Assembly: GCA_965369655.1 (NCBI GenBank)
Contig: CBDUQR010000007.1
Coordinates: 1-64,000 of the forward strand
DNA length: 64,000 nucleotides
Reading direction: 5' to 3'
DNA from: an uncultured bacterium
GTDB lineage: Bacteria > Zixibacteria > MSB-5A5 > JAABVY01 > JAHJOQ01
The notes below the pieces were generated by a model. The model was given only the letters and a program-made list of their open reading frames with translations. It was not told the DNA's origin and made no database searches. Made by a program: the position numbers and the translations under genes. This document shows, in pieces, positions 9,946 to 19,804 of the stretch (its first letter is position 1; each line of letters starts with the position of its first letter).

Positions 9946-9962
9946 CTAAGAGAATTTATACC

Positions 9963-12791
9963 ATGTTTCGCAGGCCAATCAAAGAGTCACTCGTTACGTT
10001 TCCGGCAAAGGAGTCGGAACTCAGAGAGATAAAGTCGTACGTCGCGACCGTCTGCAATGAGGCAAACCTCGCGTCGAAGGACGTCGACAGCATACTGCTC
10101 GCTGTGGAAGAAGCCTGCACGAACGTAATAAGACACGCCTATCTTTATGCCTCCGGGACTATCAAGCTGCAGATCACGCTGACGAGGAAGCAGTTGATAT
10201 TCACCGTAATCGACAACGGCAGAGCATTCGATTTCGACGCAGCCGGAATGCCTGATCTCGACAGGTATGTGGAGACCGGGAGGAAGGGAGGCCTCGGCAT
10301 TTACCTGATCCGGAAGGTGATGGATAATGTCTCCTACAAGACTGTAGACGGCGAGAATCGTCTGAGGATGGTCAAGAAGCTGCCGAAGCAGGTGAAGGTC
10401 GCTCTGCCCGGTGCTGCCGGCATGTCGATACGACTGAAGTTCTCTCTCTGGACTTCCGCCATGTTGCTATTGGTCGTGACCGGGGCGTACTTCTACTTCG
10501 ACTCTCGTACGACATCTGCGATCACGAGTGACTTTCTGATGGATGTCGATGACCTCTCGTCGACAATCGCGAGTCAGACTGTGCCGCTTGTGGTCAACCG
10601 CAGGACTGATGTCGAATTCGATGAACTCGCCATGAGTTTCAAGAATGAGAACCGCGAGGTTGTCTATCTTGTCATCACGGATGGCGATGGGAACGTGACA
10701 GCGAACACCGAAGACCCGATGTCGATCTACTCTTTCTATGTGCTGCCCGAAGGCGTCGACTCGAAACTTCTCGGTCTGGCGCAGAGCGTCCTCTACAACG
10801 GAATGGACATGTACCACATTGTCAAGCCACTCTCGCCGGATGATGCTTCTCTAGGATTCATCAATGTTGGCGTATCCGACGAGCTGTGGAAAGACGAGAT
10901 ATACAGATCGAGACGAGGCATTCTTGTCGTGGCGGCGCTCAGCCTTGTATTCGGCGTAATCGCTGTCTGGTTCCTCTCGAACTACTTCGTCAAGCCGATC
11001 CAGAAGATCACCGAGGGCGTTCGCAGGTTTGGCACATCCGACACCGACGAACCCCTGCCTGTGGAGGGCGCGGATGAATTCAGCGCGATCGCGGCGGCTT
11101 TCAACGAGATGAAGGTCAAGATCAAAGATGCGCAGAAGGACGAAGTCGAAAAAGAGCGCATGCAGAAGGAGATGCAGGTAGCGCAGGAGATACAGCAGAC
11201 GCTTCTCCCGAAACAGTTCCCTGACATAGAAGGCTACGACATCGCGACAATATATCGCGCAGCCAAGGATGTCGGAGGTGACTACTACGACTTCGTCTGG
11301 ATCGACGAGGAGACACTCGGCATAATAGTCGCTGATGTCTCAGGCAAGGGAGTTCCCGGATCGCTCGTGATGACCATGATCCGGACGGCGGTGCGACTCG
11401 AAGCCCGGGGCAATCGGTCTGCGGTCGATATTCTGAGCAGGGTCAACGAATTTATCACAGATGATGTCAAGAAGGGGATGTTCATTACGATATTTTTAGT
11501 CGTCCTCGATTCCAGAAACAGACGGATATCGTTCGCATCGGCAGGCCACAACCCGATGATTCTGTATCGCCAGGAGGAAGACAAGACATACTTCCTCAAT
11601 CCGAGAGGCATCCCGGTAGGCATCACGCTTCCGGACGGACTTATCTTCGATGAGACGATGTCCTCTGAGTCTGTCAAACTGAAGAAGGACGATATACTCG
11701 TCATATACACCGATGGTATCACGGAGGCGATGAATCCGGAGCGAGATCAGTACGGCATCGAACGCTTCCTCCAGTTCATCAAGGGAAACTCCGCTCTGGC
11801 GTCTGATGAGTTCGCCGATAAGCTTGACGAGGATATCAAGGAGTTCACGAGAGGCGCTGAGCAGAATGACGACATAACGCTGGTCGCGATAAAAGAGAAG
11901 ATCATGGCTGATGCCTATCTTCTTCAGCGCAGGAAAAAGCTGCTGGACCTCGTAGAGTCGGGCGGGCGGACAGTCAAAGAAGCCTGCGAGGAGATGGGCG
12001 TTTCGACGTCGACATACTACAAGTACAAGAAACGATTCGAGATGTTTGGCGACGAGGGGCTGTTCAACAAGCAGTTGCGCATTGACAGCTCGCCGAGGAT
12101 GCTGTCATACGAGGAAAGACGACTGTTGCTGCAGGCGATACAGGAGCATCCGGAGCATGGGACAGCGCGCCTGAAGGCCGAGCTTGCAACAGATAAATAC
12201 GGCAGTATCGACACAGACGAGAGAATCCTGTATGATGAACTCGTCAGGCTGCGGCTGAACACCAGGAAGCTGCGGCTGGAGTTTGTTGAGCGCAAGAGAC
12301 GATCGCTCACGGATGCAGAGAAAGAGCTGCTCGCAAAGGAGCAAGTCCGTTTCCAGAAGAAAGTCGAGACGGATCGAAAGGCGTACATAGAGCGGATCAG
12401 GGAATCTGCCGCTCTCGGTGGCAATGGCAAGAAGAAAATCATGCCGGAAGTCTTCGAACGGCTTTGCGCCATCGGTCTGCCCGAAGAAGATGTCGACCTG
12501 TTCGTGAATGCTCTTGTCAATGAGGATACGGGAATAGAGAAGCAGCGCCTGATAGAACTGTTCGAGAAGCTCTCCGCTCGCGCATACCAGATTGAGGAAA
12601 CGCGTCCCGGCAGGAGAATCCTCGATCAATCGCGCTTCAAGGATGCCGATCTCAGCGGCTGGAAGAAGGCTGAGGCGGATGGCATAGACCTGAATTCGCT
12701 TGACAATGAGGACGAATCATCTACTTTCGATTTTGATACATACGCGGAAAAATTATCTCCTCGTTCAGACGGATCGGAGGATGATGCATAA
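9963..12791 (+). CDS. Membrane signalling protein: RsbW-like HATPase - TM - extracytoplasmic domain - TM - HAMP - SpoIIE/PP2C phosphatase - IS481-like HTH tail
   Basis: LAVEEACTNVIRHAY/DNG/GGLGIYLI (RsbW); VGGDYYD, ADVSGKGVPG, SAGHNP, YTDGITEA, DDITLV (PP2C); TVKEACEEMGVSTSTYYKYKKRF (HTH). True start MFRRP; the listed ATG 9864 lies inside the MITE. Confidence 0.9.
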   Translation: MFRRPIKESLVTFPAKESELREIKSYVATVCNEANLASKDVDSILLAVEEACTNVIRHAYLYASGTIKLQITLTRKQLIFTVIDNGRAFDFDAAGMPDLDRYVETGRKGGLGIYLIRKVMDNVSYKTVDGENRLRMVKKLPKQVKVALPGAAGMSIRLKFSLWTSAMLLLVVTGAYFYFDSRTTSAITSDFLMDVDDLSSTIASQTVPLVVNRRTDVEFDELAMSFKNENREVVYLVITDGDGNVTANTEDPMSIYSFYVLPEGVDSKLLGLAQSVLYNGMDMYHIVKPLSPDDASLGFINVGVSDELWKDEIYRSRRGILVVAALSLVFGVIAVWFLSNYFVKPIQKITEGVRRFGTSDTDEPLPVEGADEFSAIAAAFNEMKVKIKDAQKDEVEKERMQKEMQVAQEIQQTLLPKQFPDIEGYDIATIYRAAKDVGGDYYDFVWIDEETLGIIVADVSGKGVPGSLVMTMIRTAVRLEARGNRSAVDILSRVNEFITDDVKKGMFITIFLVVLDSRNRRISFASAGHNPMILYRQEEDKTYFLNPRGIPVGITLPDGLIFDETMSSESVKLKKDDILVIYTDGITEAMNPERDQYGIERFLQFIKGNSALASDEFADKLDEDIKEFTRGAEQNDDITLVAIKEKIMADAYLLQRRKKLLDLVESGGRTVKEACEEMGVSTSTYYKYKKRFEMFGDEGLFNKQLRIDSSPRMLSYEERRLLLQAIQEHPEHGTARLKAELATDKYGSIDTDERILYDELVRLRLNTRKLRLEFVERKRRSLTDAEKELLAKEQVRFQKKVETDRKAYIERIRESAALGGNGKKKIMPEVFERLCAIGLPEEDVDLFVNALVNEDTGIEKQRLIELFEKLSARAYQIEETRPGRRILDQSRFKDADLSGWKKAEADGIDLNSLDNEDESSTFDFDTYAEKLSPRSDGSEDDA

Positions 12792-13548
12792 AATTGCGAT
12801 AATGACCTCCAAGGGCGGTACCGGCAAGACGACGACCGCTATTAACATCGGGCACTGTCTCGCGCTGTCGGGTAAGCGAGTTCTGCTTATCGACTGCGAC
12901 AGTCAGGCCAACATCGCAATGGCGTTTGATGTTGATCCCAAACAAGGGCTTGCGGAATTGATCACCACTGGGCAGGTCGATATCGCGAAGGTGCGTCCGA
13001 ATCTGTTTATCATCGATTCAGGCGGCAAGCGGCTGGTGGAATCCGAGCTCGTGCTGGCAAGACAGGAGGATCGCGAGACGAGACTCAGACGGGTGCTCAG
13101 CCGTGTCGTCGGATCTGACTATATCATATGCGACTGTCCACCCACCATCAATCTGATCAATATCAATGCTCTGAATTTCTGCGATCATGTTGTTGTCCCG
13201 GTCTCGATGGACTTCTTCGCTTGCGAAGGCGCAAGAAAGACGATGGAACTTATCGACGAGATAAAAGACAGGATCGGACACAGCATAAATATACTGGGAC
13301 TACTCGCGACATTTTTCGACAGGCGTACGAAGATTTCGCAGAGGACGTATGACCAGCTTCTGGATCAATATGGCGATCTCGTCTTCGCTACAAAGATCAG
13401 GATCAACACGCAACTCAAAGAAGCACAGGCCAGGTTTCGTACTATCTTTGAGTTTGCTCCTTATTCGCACGGTGCGCTTGACTATTTCCTGCTGACCAAG
13501 GAGATAGCAAACGGATCGCACCGCATTCCTGCTGAGGTGACTGAATGA
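12784..13548 (+). CDS. ParA/Soj family ATPase (orphan, no parB)
   Basis: KGGTGKTT deviant Walker A, LLIDCDSQAN, DCPP, LKEAQ; GGAGG RBS; overlaps both neighbours. Confidence 0.9.
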   Translation: MHKIAIMTSKGGTGKTTTAINIGHCLALSGKRVLLIDCDSQANIAMAFDVDPKQGLAELITTGQVDIAKVRPNLFIIDSGGKRLVESELVLARQEDRETRLRRVLSRVVGSDYIICDCPPTINLININALNFCDHVVVPVSMDFFACEGARKTMELIDEIKDRIGHSINILGLLATFFDRRTKISQRTYDQLLDQYGDLVFATKIRINTQLKEAQARFRTIFEFAPYSHGALDYFLLTKEIANGSHRIPAEVTE

Positions 13549-14255
13549 TGGAGAATATCAAGATATCACTCGATGCGAGCGGCCCCAACGGTGAACTGTC
13601 GATTGTCCGCGTCGACGGCGTAATCGACACGATGACCGCTACTGAACTCGAAAGAGTCATGAACTCACTCCTGCATCAGAAAAAGTACAATATCATTATC
13701 GATCTCGGAGGCGTTGACTACATATCGTCCGCCGGATGGGGTATTTTCATATCGAACATTCGTGAAATCAGACAGAACAACGGCGACATCAAGCTTGTGC
13801 AAATGGTCCCGAACGTGCATGAGATATTCGAACTCCTCGAATTCGATTCCATCCTCCAAAGTTTCGACAAGATCGAGAAGGCGAAAAGAGATTTCAATCT
13901 GGAATATCAACCGGCAGAGAGTCTGACAGGCGGAAGGTCGGAACAGTCTGTAGTCAGCAAGATGGCCGAGGCCGGAACGGCCGTTGCGACCTCTGCGCCG
14001 CCAACAGTCGCAACAGATATCCAGGTCCAGCCGGAAGCTGATGAGAAGACGAATGACTCGTTTGAAACAGATGTCGAAAGCCGCGTTCTTGATCTGGTCA
14101 GGGATGATCCGTTCCTGTCGGTATCTGAGATTAAGAAGGTCATCAACTCCGATCAGGGGTTCGAGAAGAGGGTCGGGTGGTGGAAGATTCGCCGAGTCCT
14201 CAAGAAGAATGACCTGCTCTCGAAGAAGAAGCGTTTTCGATATTCCCGCAGTTGA
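13545..14255 (+). CDS. STAS anti-sigma-factor antagonist with linker and basic C-terminal HTH-like domain
   Basis: VDGVIDTMTA...IDLGGVDYISSAGWG...GDIKL...IFELL; tail RVLDLVRDDPFLSVSEI...IRRVLKKNDLLSKKKRF. Confidence 0.88.
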   Translation: MMENIKISLDASGPNGELSIVRVDGVIDTMTATELERVMNSLLHQKKYNIIIDLGGVDYISSAGWGIFISNIREIRQNNGDIKLVQMVPNVHEIFELLEFDSILQSFDKIEKAKRDFNLEYQPAESLTGGRSEQSVVSKMAEAGTAVATSAPPTVATDIQVQPEADEKTNDSFETDVESRVLDLVRDDPFLSVSEIKKVINSDQGFEKRVGWWKIRRVLKKNDLLSKKKRFRYSRS

Positions 14256-14283
14256 TAACGTCATAGTCCCGGCGGGGTGTTGA

Positions 14284-16011
14284 ATGCTTTTCGCTCTCAT
14301 CACTCTCCTGCTACTCGCAGGCATGCTTATCCTGAGCCTTGAAAGAGATCAGGTAATAGGAGCGTTTGCTCTCTGGGTCAGCGCATGGGTTGGGTTGCGT
14401 CTCATCGGGAGCCGCCTCGACTATCTGAGGAAGGATTCTCCTGCGCGGTGGGAAAAGCTGATGATAGAGGCGGAGAAACGACTCGGGGAGATCAGCCTGA
14501 GCGAAGACAGCGTTGGAAAAAAGTGGCAGGATTTCTGTGCGCAGATTGTTACGCAGTTCGGCTACAATGCCGCGTTTGTCGCTGTCGAGCGGGAGGGGAT
14601 GTTTAGCGCTGAGGCGTCCTCGGGATTCGACATCAGAAAGCTCCGGCAGGTTCGCATAGACTCGCAGTCTGAGTTGGTTCGCGTTGTTGCGATGTCCGGC
14701 GATCAGATCGACCTGCTCGGAATGTCCTGCGATATGGGGACTCTCGATTCGGTGATCGGAGAACAGAGCTTTCGAAGCGCCGTGCCATTGACTTGTGGCG
14801 ACCGGCTGGGCGCAGTCCTGTTCGTCTCATTCAATTCACAGTCCGACAACCGCAGACAGTATCTGACAAGCTTCTGCAAACTTGCCGCAAAGATGCTCAT
14901 GCCGAGAGACCCACAGGAGGAACGATCGCCGGGATCTCTGCCCTCCGTATCTGCGCAGAGCGATTTGCGTGGATCAAGACTGCTGCGCGATTACTTCGAC
15001 GTCACTTCGAAGCTGTTCACGATCTACAATCAGGAACTGCTCTTTGAGACGTTCGTCTCAAACATGCGCAAGCTGATGAAAGCTGAATACTGTGTCATCT
15101 ATCTGCCCGGCGAGAATGATTCAGGATTAAGTGTCGGAATCTCTTCGGGGACTTTGCCTGCTGAATTGAATGACCACACTGTGGACGTGTCTCCAGCGGT
15201 GCGCGATCTGCTCCTGAGACGTCCCGGCACATATACGGTCGACGATCTGCTCGACATGACCGGTGACGATCGCGATCTGGTTTATCTGGCGGAGTTGGGA
15301 GTCAGGATTATCACTCCAATGTCGATACCAGAGAGACGAATGGGGCTGATGTGCATTTCCGGCAGATCGCGTAACCTCCCTGATTTCAGCATCGAGGACA
15401 AGGAAACGGCGTATACCGTAAGCCAGACTGTCGAGATTATTTTGGAGAATATCCACCAGTTCAGGAAAATCGAGGAGTTGTCATACACTGACAGCATGAC
15501 GAGGCTGTTTAACTATCGGTATTTCTATAAGCGTCTGAGCGAGGAGATTTTGCGCGCGAAAAGATTCAATCGATTCCTTGCTCTCTCCATCTTTGACATT
15601 GACGAGTTCAAAGTGTTCAATGACAATCTTGGACATCAGACCGGCGATGACCTTCTCAGGCAGCTCGGAGAATTGCTGCTTGATTCGGTCAGGAGTATCG
15701 ATATTGTCTGCAGGTATGGTGGCGAGGAGTTCTGCGTGATCATGCCGGAGTCGGACAGGAAATCGTGCCGACAGTTTATGGAAAGGCTGCGCAAGAGAGT
15801 AGTAGACCATGAGTTCAGCAGCCGATTCTCGGAGGGCAGGCATACGATCACGCTCTCAGCCGGGGGCGCTATATATCCATCGGACGCAAGAAGGGTCGAC
15901 AGGCTGATATACTGCGCAGATATGGCGCTGCTCGAAGCCAAGCGCAGCGGACGAAACAGATGCGAGATGTATACGGAGGGTATAACAGAGAATGGAGAGG
16001 CGGATGTGTAG
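14284..16011 (+). CDS. Membrane-anchored GAF-GAF-GGDEF diguanylate cyclase
   Basis: TDSMTRLFNYRY, DIDEFKVFNDNLGHQTGD, RSID I-site, RYGGEEF, ADMALLEAKRSGRN. Confidence 0.92.
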   Translation: MLFALITLLLLAGMLILSLERDQVIGAFALWVSAWVGLRLIGSRLDYLRKDSPARWEKLMIEAEKRLGEISLSEDSVGKKWQDFCAQIVTQFGYNAAFVAVEREGMFSAEASSGFDIRKLRQVRIDSQSELVRVVAMSGDQIDLLGMSCDMGTLDSVIGEQSFRSAVPLTCGDRLGAVLFVSFNSQSDNRRQYLTSFCKLAAKMLMPRDPQEERSPGSLPSVSAQSDLRGSRLLRDYFDVTSKLFTIYNQELLFETFVSNMRKLMKAEYCVIYLPGENDSGLSVGISSGTLPAELNDHTVDVSPAVRDLLLRRPGTYTVDDLLDMTGDDRDLVYLAELGVRIITPMSIPERRMGLMCISGRSRNLPDFSIEDKETAYTVSQTVEIILENIHQFRKIEELSYTDSMTRLFNYRYFYKRLSEEILRAKRFNRFLALSIFDIDEFKVFNDNLGHQTGDDLLRQLGELLLDSVRSIDIVCRYGGEEFCVIMPESDRKSCRQFMERLRKRVVDHEFSSRFSEGRHTITLSAGGAIYPSDARRVDRLIYCADMALLEAKRSGRNRCEMYTEGITENGEADV

Positions 16012-16144
16012 GATGTCATATGTCGCATTTAGTCATTCCTTTGCGTTACATTGCGTTCGTCGTCTCTCAGCGAAAACAGAAATCTCTTTACACAGCATAA
16101 AACCCGGATATATTATGCCGACGTTGTTAAAAAAGGACTCTATA

Positions 16145-17122
16145 ATGCGCCTGATACAGAACACATTATGTTTGTGTGCTTTCCTCCTTTGTTTTGCGTT
16201 TGCGGCGCCCGGCGAAGTCCAGGCAGAGTATAAGATTGGTCCGGAGGATGTACTCCAGATTTCGTTCTGGCAGCAACCGACGCTTGACCAGACGGTTACC
16301 GTTCGACGCGACGGCAAGATTACGATTTCGATCATCGGTGAAATTACTGCGGCAGGCCTGAAGCCGGCGGAGCTTGCGAAGAAAATCGGCGAGAGAGCGA
16401 ATTATTACAATCCGGCCATATCCCAGGCGGCGGTGACGGTGCTCGGATTCAACAGTCAGAAAGTCTATATCAATGGTCAGGTGACGCATCCCGGCGCGTA
16501 CGCCTTCGAGGAGCTTCCAGATGTCTGGACGCTCATCAAGGAGGCTGGCGGTGTCGCAGAGATGGCGGATCTCTCCAGGGTGACGCTGATTCGAGGATCG
16601 AAAGACGCTGGCAGAATCATGACGATTAATATCGAGAAGCTCGTGGCGAGCGGCGAATTTGATGACATCCCCGGACTCTATCCGGGCGATATTGTGGAGG
16701 TGCCGCGCATGCCGGGTGGAATCGCCGGCAGCGGGCTCCCCAGGGCTGACCGGGAGCGCCGCAACATTGTCTTTATCACCGGTGCGGTAACTCGTTCGGG
16801 GCCGATCAATCTGGAAGAGGGCATGGATGTTCTGGACGCTCTTGTTATGGCTGGAGGCACGACTGTCGACGCCGACTTGAGAAAGGTGCGGGTTATCTCG
16901 AAACATCAGGGTTACTCCAGCGTTATGACTATCGATCTCGATAAGTACTCCTCCGAGGGCACGCCGCGACGCTATGTTCTGCGGGCTGAAGATACTGTCG
17001 TCTTGCCTCGAAAGACGGGCGGACTGTTCCGAGTCGGCTGGGGAACCTTTAGAGACATTGTAGCCATCACCGCGACAGTAGTGTCGACGGTGGTTCTCGT
17101 CGATCAGATCGGAAGACGTTAG
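16145..17122 (+). CDS. Polysaccharide export protein (Wza-like, Poly_export plus SLBB domains)
   Basis: Signal peptide; YKIGPEDVLQISFW...VRRDGKI...AAGL; two SLBB repeats (GQVTHPG, GAVTRSG). Confidence 0.9.
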   Translation: MRLIQNTLCLCAFLLCFAFAAPGEVQAEYKIGPEDVLQISFWQQPTLDQTVTVRRDGKITISIIGEITAAGLKPAELAKKIGERANYYNPAISQAAVTVLGFNSQKVYINGQVTHPGAYAFEELPDVWTLIKEAGGVAEMADLSRVTLIRGSKDAGRIMTINIEKLVASGEFDDIPGLYPGDIVEVPRMPGGIAGSGLPRADRERRNIVFITGAVTRSGPINLEEGMDVLDALVMAGGTTVDADLRKVRVISKHQGYSSVMTIDLDKYSSEGTPRRYVLRAEDTVVLPRKTGGLFRVGWGTFRDIVAITATVVSTVVLVDQIGRR

Positions 17123-17134
17123 CGGACAGAATCA

Positions 17135-18682
17135 ATGAAGAATCATTCACTCGAAAAGCAGATAAACCTGAGAGATGTCTGGCAGATAGCGTACAAACGC
17201 AGATGGCTGCTGATACTGCCTTTCGTTCTTGCGGTTGCTGCGGCTTACGGCGGCTGTTTCCTGCTCACTGAGAAATACCAGTCGCGGGTACAGATCCTCG
17301 TGAAAGAGGGCGAGGTGCTCGGACCTGAATTCAGGGGAATCGCGAGCGCGACCGGCATGGATGCGGTCAGAACAGAGAGGGATTTGAGGCTCTGGCAGCA
17401 GTCAGTGAAAAGTGAAATACTGTCTCCCGCGACATTGCTCAAGGTGATCAACCAGATGGGGCTGGCTGATGATCCGGAAGTCCGCGCCGAAATCAGGGAG
17501 CTTGCCGCGAAGTATCCCCAATACAGCGAAAGAGACCTGATCAACATTCAACTCATCCGAAAGCTGCAGGACGATTACATAAAGATCGGCTTTCAGGGTC
17601 AGAATGTAGTTGCGATATTGTGCGATTCCGAGAAGCCGCTCGAAGCGAGGGCGATGGCCGAGATACTGGCCGATATTTTCCGCGAGGAACAGATCAGGGC
17701 CGATTTGCTCAGTATCAGGGCGGTGCAGGAGTTCTCTACGGAACAGCTTACCATTTACAAGAAGGAATGGGAGGACGCCGAAGCCGAGTTGGCTGATTTC
17801 AAGAAGAGCTACACGAGGGTGAATGTCGGCCAGAAGGTAAGCGAAGAGATTCTCGATGGCATGACATCGGAGATCGATCAGACCAAACTGTATATGGAGG
17901 ACTTCGCAGACCAGCGCAATTTCGTGGCCGCCACTCTTGTAGACGCAGGGATTGATACGTCTATACTTGTGCTTTCCGAAGAGTTGGTCGGGTATACATC
18001 AACCCTCAGCGGGATCACAATGCAGAAAGCATCGCTGATGGAGAGATACCCGAGGACTGATCCGAAGGTTCTCGAGATGATCGGCAGGTTCAATCGAAGC
18101 ATCGATTCTCTACCGAGCTACTGTCTGCGCACGGCATCTAATTTGTATCCGAATCCCGATCCGGCGCTGCTCGAACAGACTGCGGAGTACCTTGCGCTCA
18201 GCGTAAAGATCGACCTGGCCGTGCAGGGGCAGGTGATCCTTGCGAAGGCTCTGGAGAAACTGAAAAACAGGTTAACGAAGTGGCCGGACTATGAGATCGA
18301 GTTGGGGAGGATGGAACAGAAGGCCACGACTAAAAAAGACATTTATCTCAAGTTCAATACCCAGCTCCTTGGATCGCGGATTAACGAGGACGCTTTCCGC
18401 AAGGAGGCAGAAAATCGTTACAGAATTATAGAACCGGCTACTTTGCCCTTGGCTCCAATTTATCCCGATCGTTTCAAAATAGTCGTACTCGGCTGCGCCC
18501 TTGGGCTGATACTCGGGGTTGGAGCCGTACTACTCGCAGAAGTCCTGGACAACAGTCTGCGAGACATCTCCGAGACAGAGTCATATCTGGGACTCAAAGT
18601 GCTTGGAACCATCCCGAGGATAGCCGCTAAGCGGAAGTCTTCGCGAGCGCCGAATCCTGAGCCGATGGAGATTGCAAAATGA
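17135..18682 (+). CDS. Polysaccharide co-polymerase / chain-length determinant (Wzz/GumC, membrane half of Wzc)
   Basis: N-terminal TM after KRRWL, coiled coils, IIEPATLP..P..P, C-terminal TM, LGLKVLGTIP. Confidence 0.88.
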   Translation: MKNHSLEKQINLRDVWQIAYKRRWLLILPFVLAVAAAYGGCFLLTEKYQSRVQILVKEGEVLGPEFRGIASATGMDAVRTERDLRLWQQSVKSEILSPATLLKVINQMGLADDPEVRAEIRELAAKYPQYSERDLINIQLIRKLQDDYIKIGFQGQNVVAILCDSEKPLEARAMAEILADIFREEQIRADLLSIRAVQEFSTEQLTIYKKEWEDAEAELADFKKSYTRVNVGQKVSEEILDGMTSEIDQTKLYMEDFADQRNFVAATLVDAGIDTSILVLSEELVGYTSTLSGITMQKASLMERYPRTDPKVLEMIGRFNRSIDSLPSYCLRTASNLYPNPDPALLEQTAEYLALSVKIDLAVQGQVILAKALEKLKNRLTKWPDYEIELGRMEQKATTKKDIYLKFNTQLLGSRINEDAFRKEAENRYRIIEPATLPLAPIYPDRFKIVVLGCALGLILGVGAVLLAEVLDNSLRDISETESYLGLKVLGTIPRIAAKRKSSRAPNPEPMEIAK

Positions 18683-19803
18683 GGGATCAAACCTACCGGC
18701 TGAACAGCCGACTGGCGACTCCTGAAAGGGAATACCTGATACAGACAATCAATGACACTAATCGAGGCAGAGTGCTCTCATCGGTATTCTCTGAGGGTGA
18801 ACTGATCGACACGCAGGAAGACCCACTGAACGGGATCACTCGGTCGGAGGACGTCCTTCAACGTGTGAAAGAAGCGCATGAGGACAAGAAACGGGAACTC
18901 GAGTTCCTGATCGAGTCGTACAAAGCCGCCATCTGCGGTGAGTCGGTGGATCAGATGGTCAACCTGGGGCAGGCTCTTATTTACAAGAACCTGCTTATCG
19001 AAGCGAGGAACCTGTTTGCCCGATCCACAGAACTCGATCCCGATCATCACCAGGCCTGGACACAGCTTGGCGCGACTCATTTCGCCATGTCCAACTGGCA
19101 GGATTCGTGTTCGGCGTTTGGCAGGGCAGTGGAACTGAAACCGGGATTCGCCGATTATCGCAACAATCTCGGCGAAGCGTATATTGCTATCGATTCGTGC
19201 AAACGCGCTGTGATCGAGTTCGAGGAAGCTGTCAGGATCAACGTCTATTACGGCGAAGCGTATCTGAATCTCGCGCTTGTCTACATCCTGAATGCTATCC
19301 GCAGGGAAGATTTCACGATGTTTTCTAAGCAGACGGAGATGACGGAGGAAATGCTCAGGAAAGCCGAGGTGATTATGCCTGAAGCGGTCGGGCAGGATTT
19401 CCTCGAGGGGCGCAAGTACCTTGAAAAAGGTGACCTCGAAAAGGCGTTCCAGAGATTCCTGGCGGTCCGTGAGCGGAACAAAGTCGCCAAACGTCAGAAA
19501 CTGGCAAACTCATATCTGAAATTCATGCTCGGCTCGGGCAGCGTCAATGAGAGACTCCTGACAAGGCGGATCAAGAATCTCAAGGAGGCGATGATCACGA
19601 ATCCTCACTACGCAGATATGCATCATGACCTCGCCGCCGCATACACGCTTCTCGGCAGCTTCATTCACAAGAAGGCGGTCGAGGAATACCGCAAAGCGCT
19701 TGCGATCAACCCGGAGTTCAAGCGGGCCAGGAGGAATCTGAAACTCGCGGAGAACGAGATAAAAGGATTCGATGTCCTCATGAAGGCGATACTGAGGAAA
19801 TAG
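18679..19803 (+). CDS. Cytoplasmic TPR protein
   Basis: Multiple TPRs (ADYRNNLGEAY, ADMHHDLAAAY, ALAINPEF); ~80-aa non-TPR N-terminal domain. Confidence 0.85.
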   Translation: MRDQTYRLNSRLATPEREYLIQTINDTNRGRVLSSVFSEGELIDTQEDPLNGITRSEDVLQRVKEAHEDKKRELEFLIESYKAAICGESVDQMVNLGQALIYKNLLIEARNLFARSTELDPDHHQAWTQLGATHFAMSNWQDSCSAFGRAVELKPGFADYRNNLGEAYIAIDSCKRAVIEFEEAVRINVYYGEAYLNLALVYILNAIRREDFTMFSKQTEMTEEMLRKAEVIMPEAVGQDFLEGRKYLEKGDLEKAFQRFLAVRERNKVAKRQKLANSYLKFMLGSGSVNERLLTRRIKNLKEAMITNPHYADMHHDLAAAYTLLGSFIHKKAVEEYRKALAINPEFKRARRNLKLAENEIKGFDVLMKAILRK

Positions 19804-19804
19804 A

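Noticed and set aside
9864-9962. N-terminal extension MGILPMIHGQDARAT of the 975-aa ORF, and ORF 33817-34008
   Set aside because: Both are translations of the MITE/REP sequence.
11920-12300. IS481 insertion in the phosphatase gene
   Set aside because: Only the HTH region is present, in frame, with no DDE core, IRs or target duplication; treated as a domain fusion.
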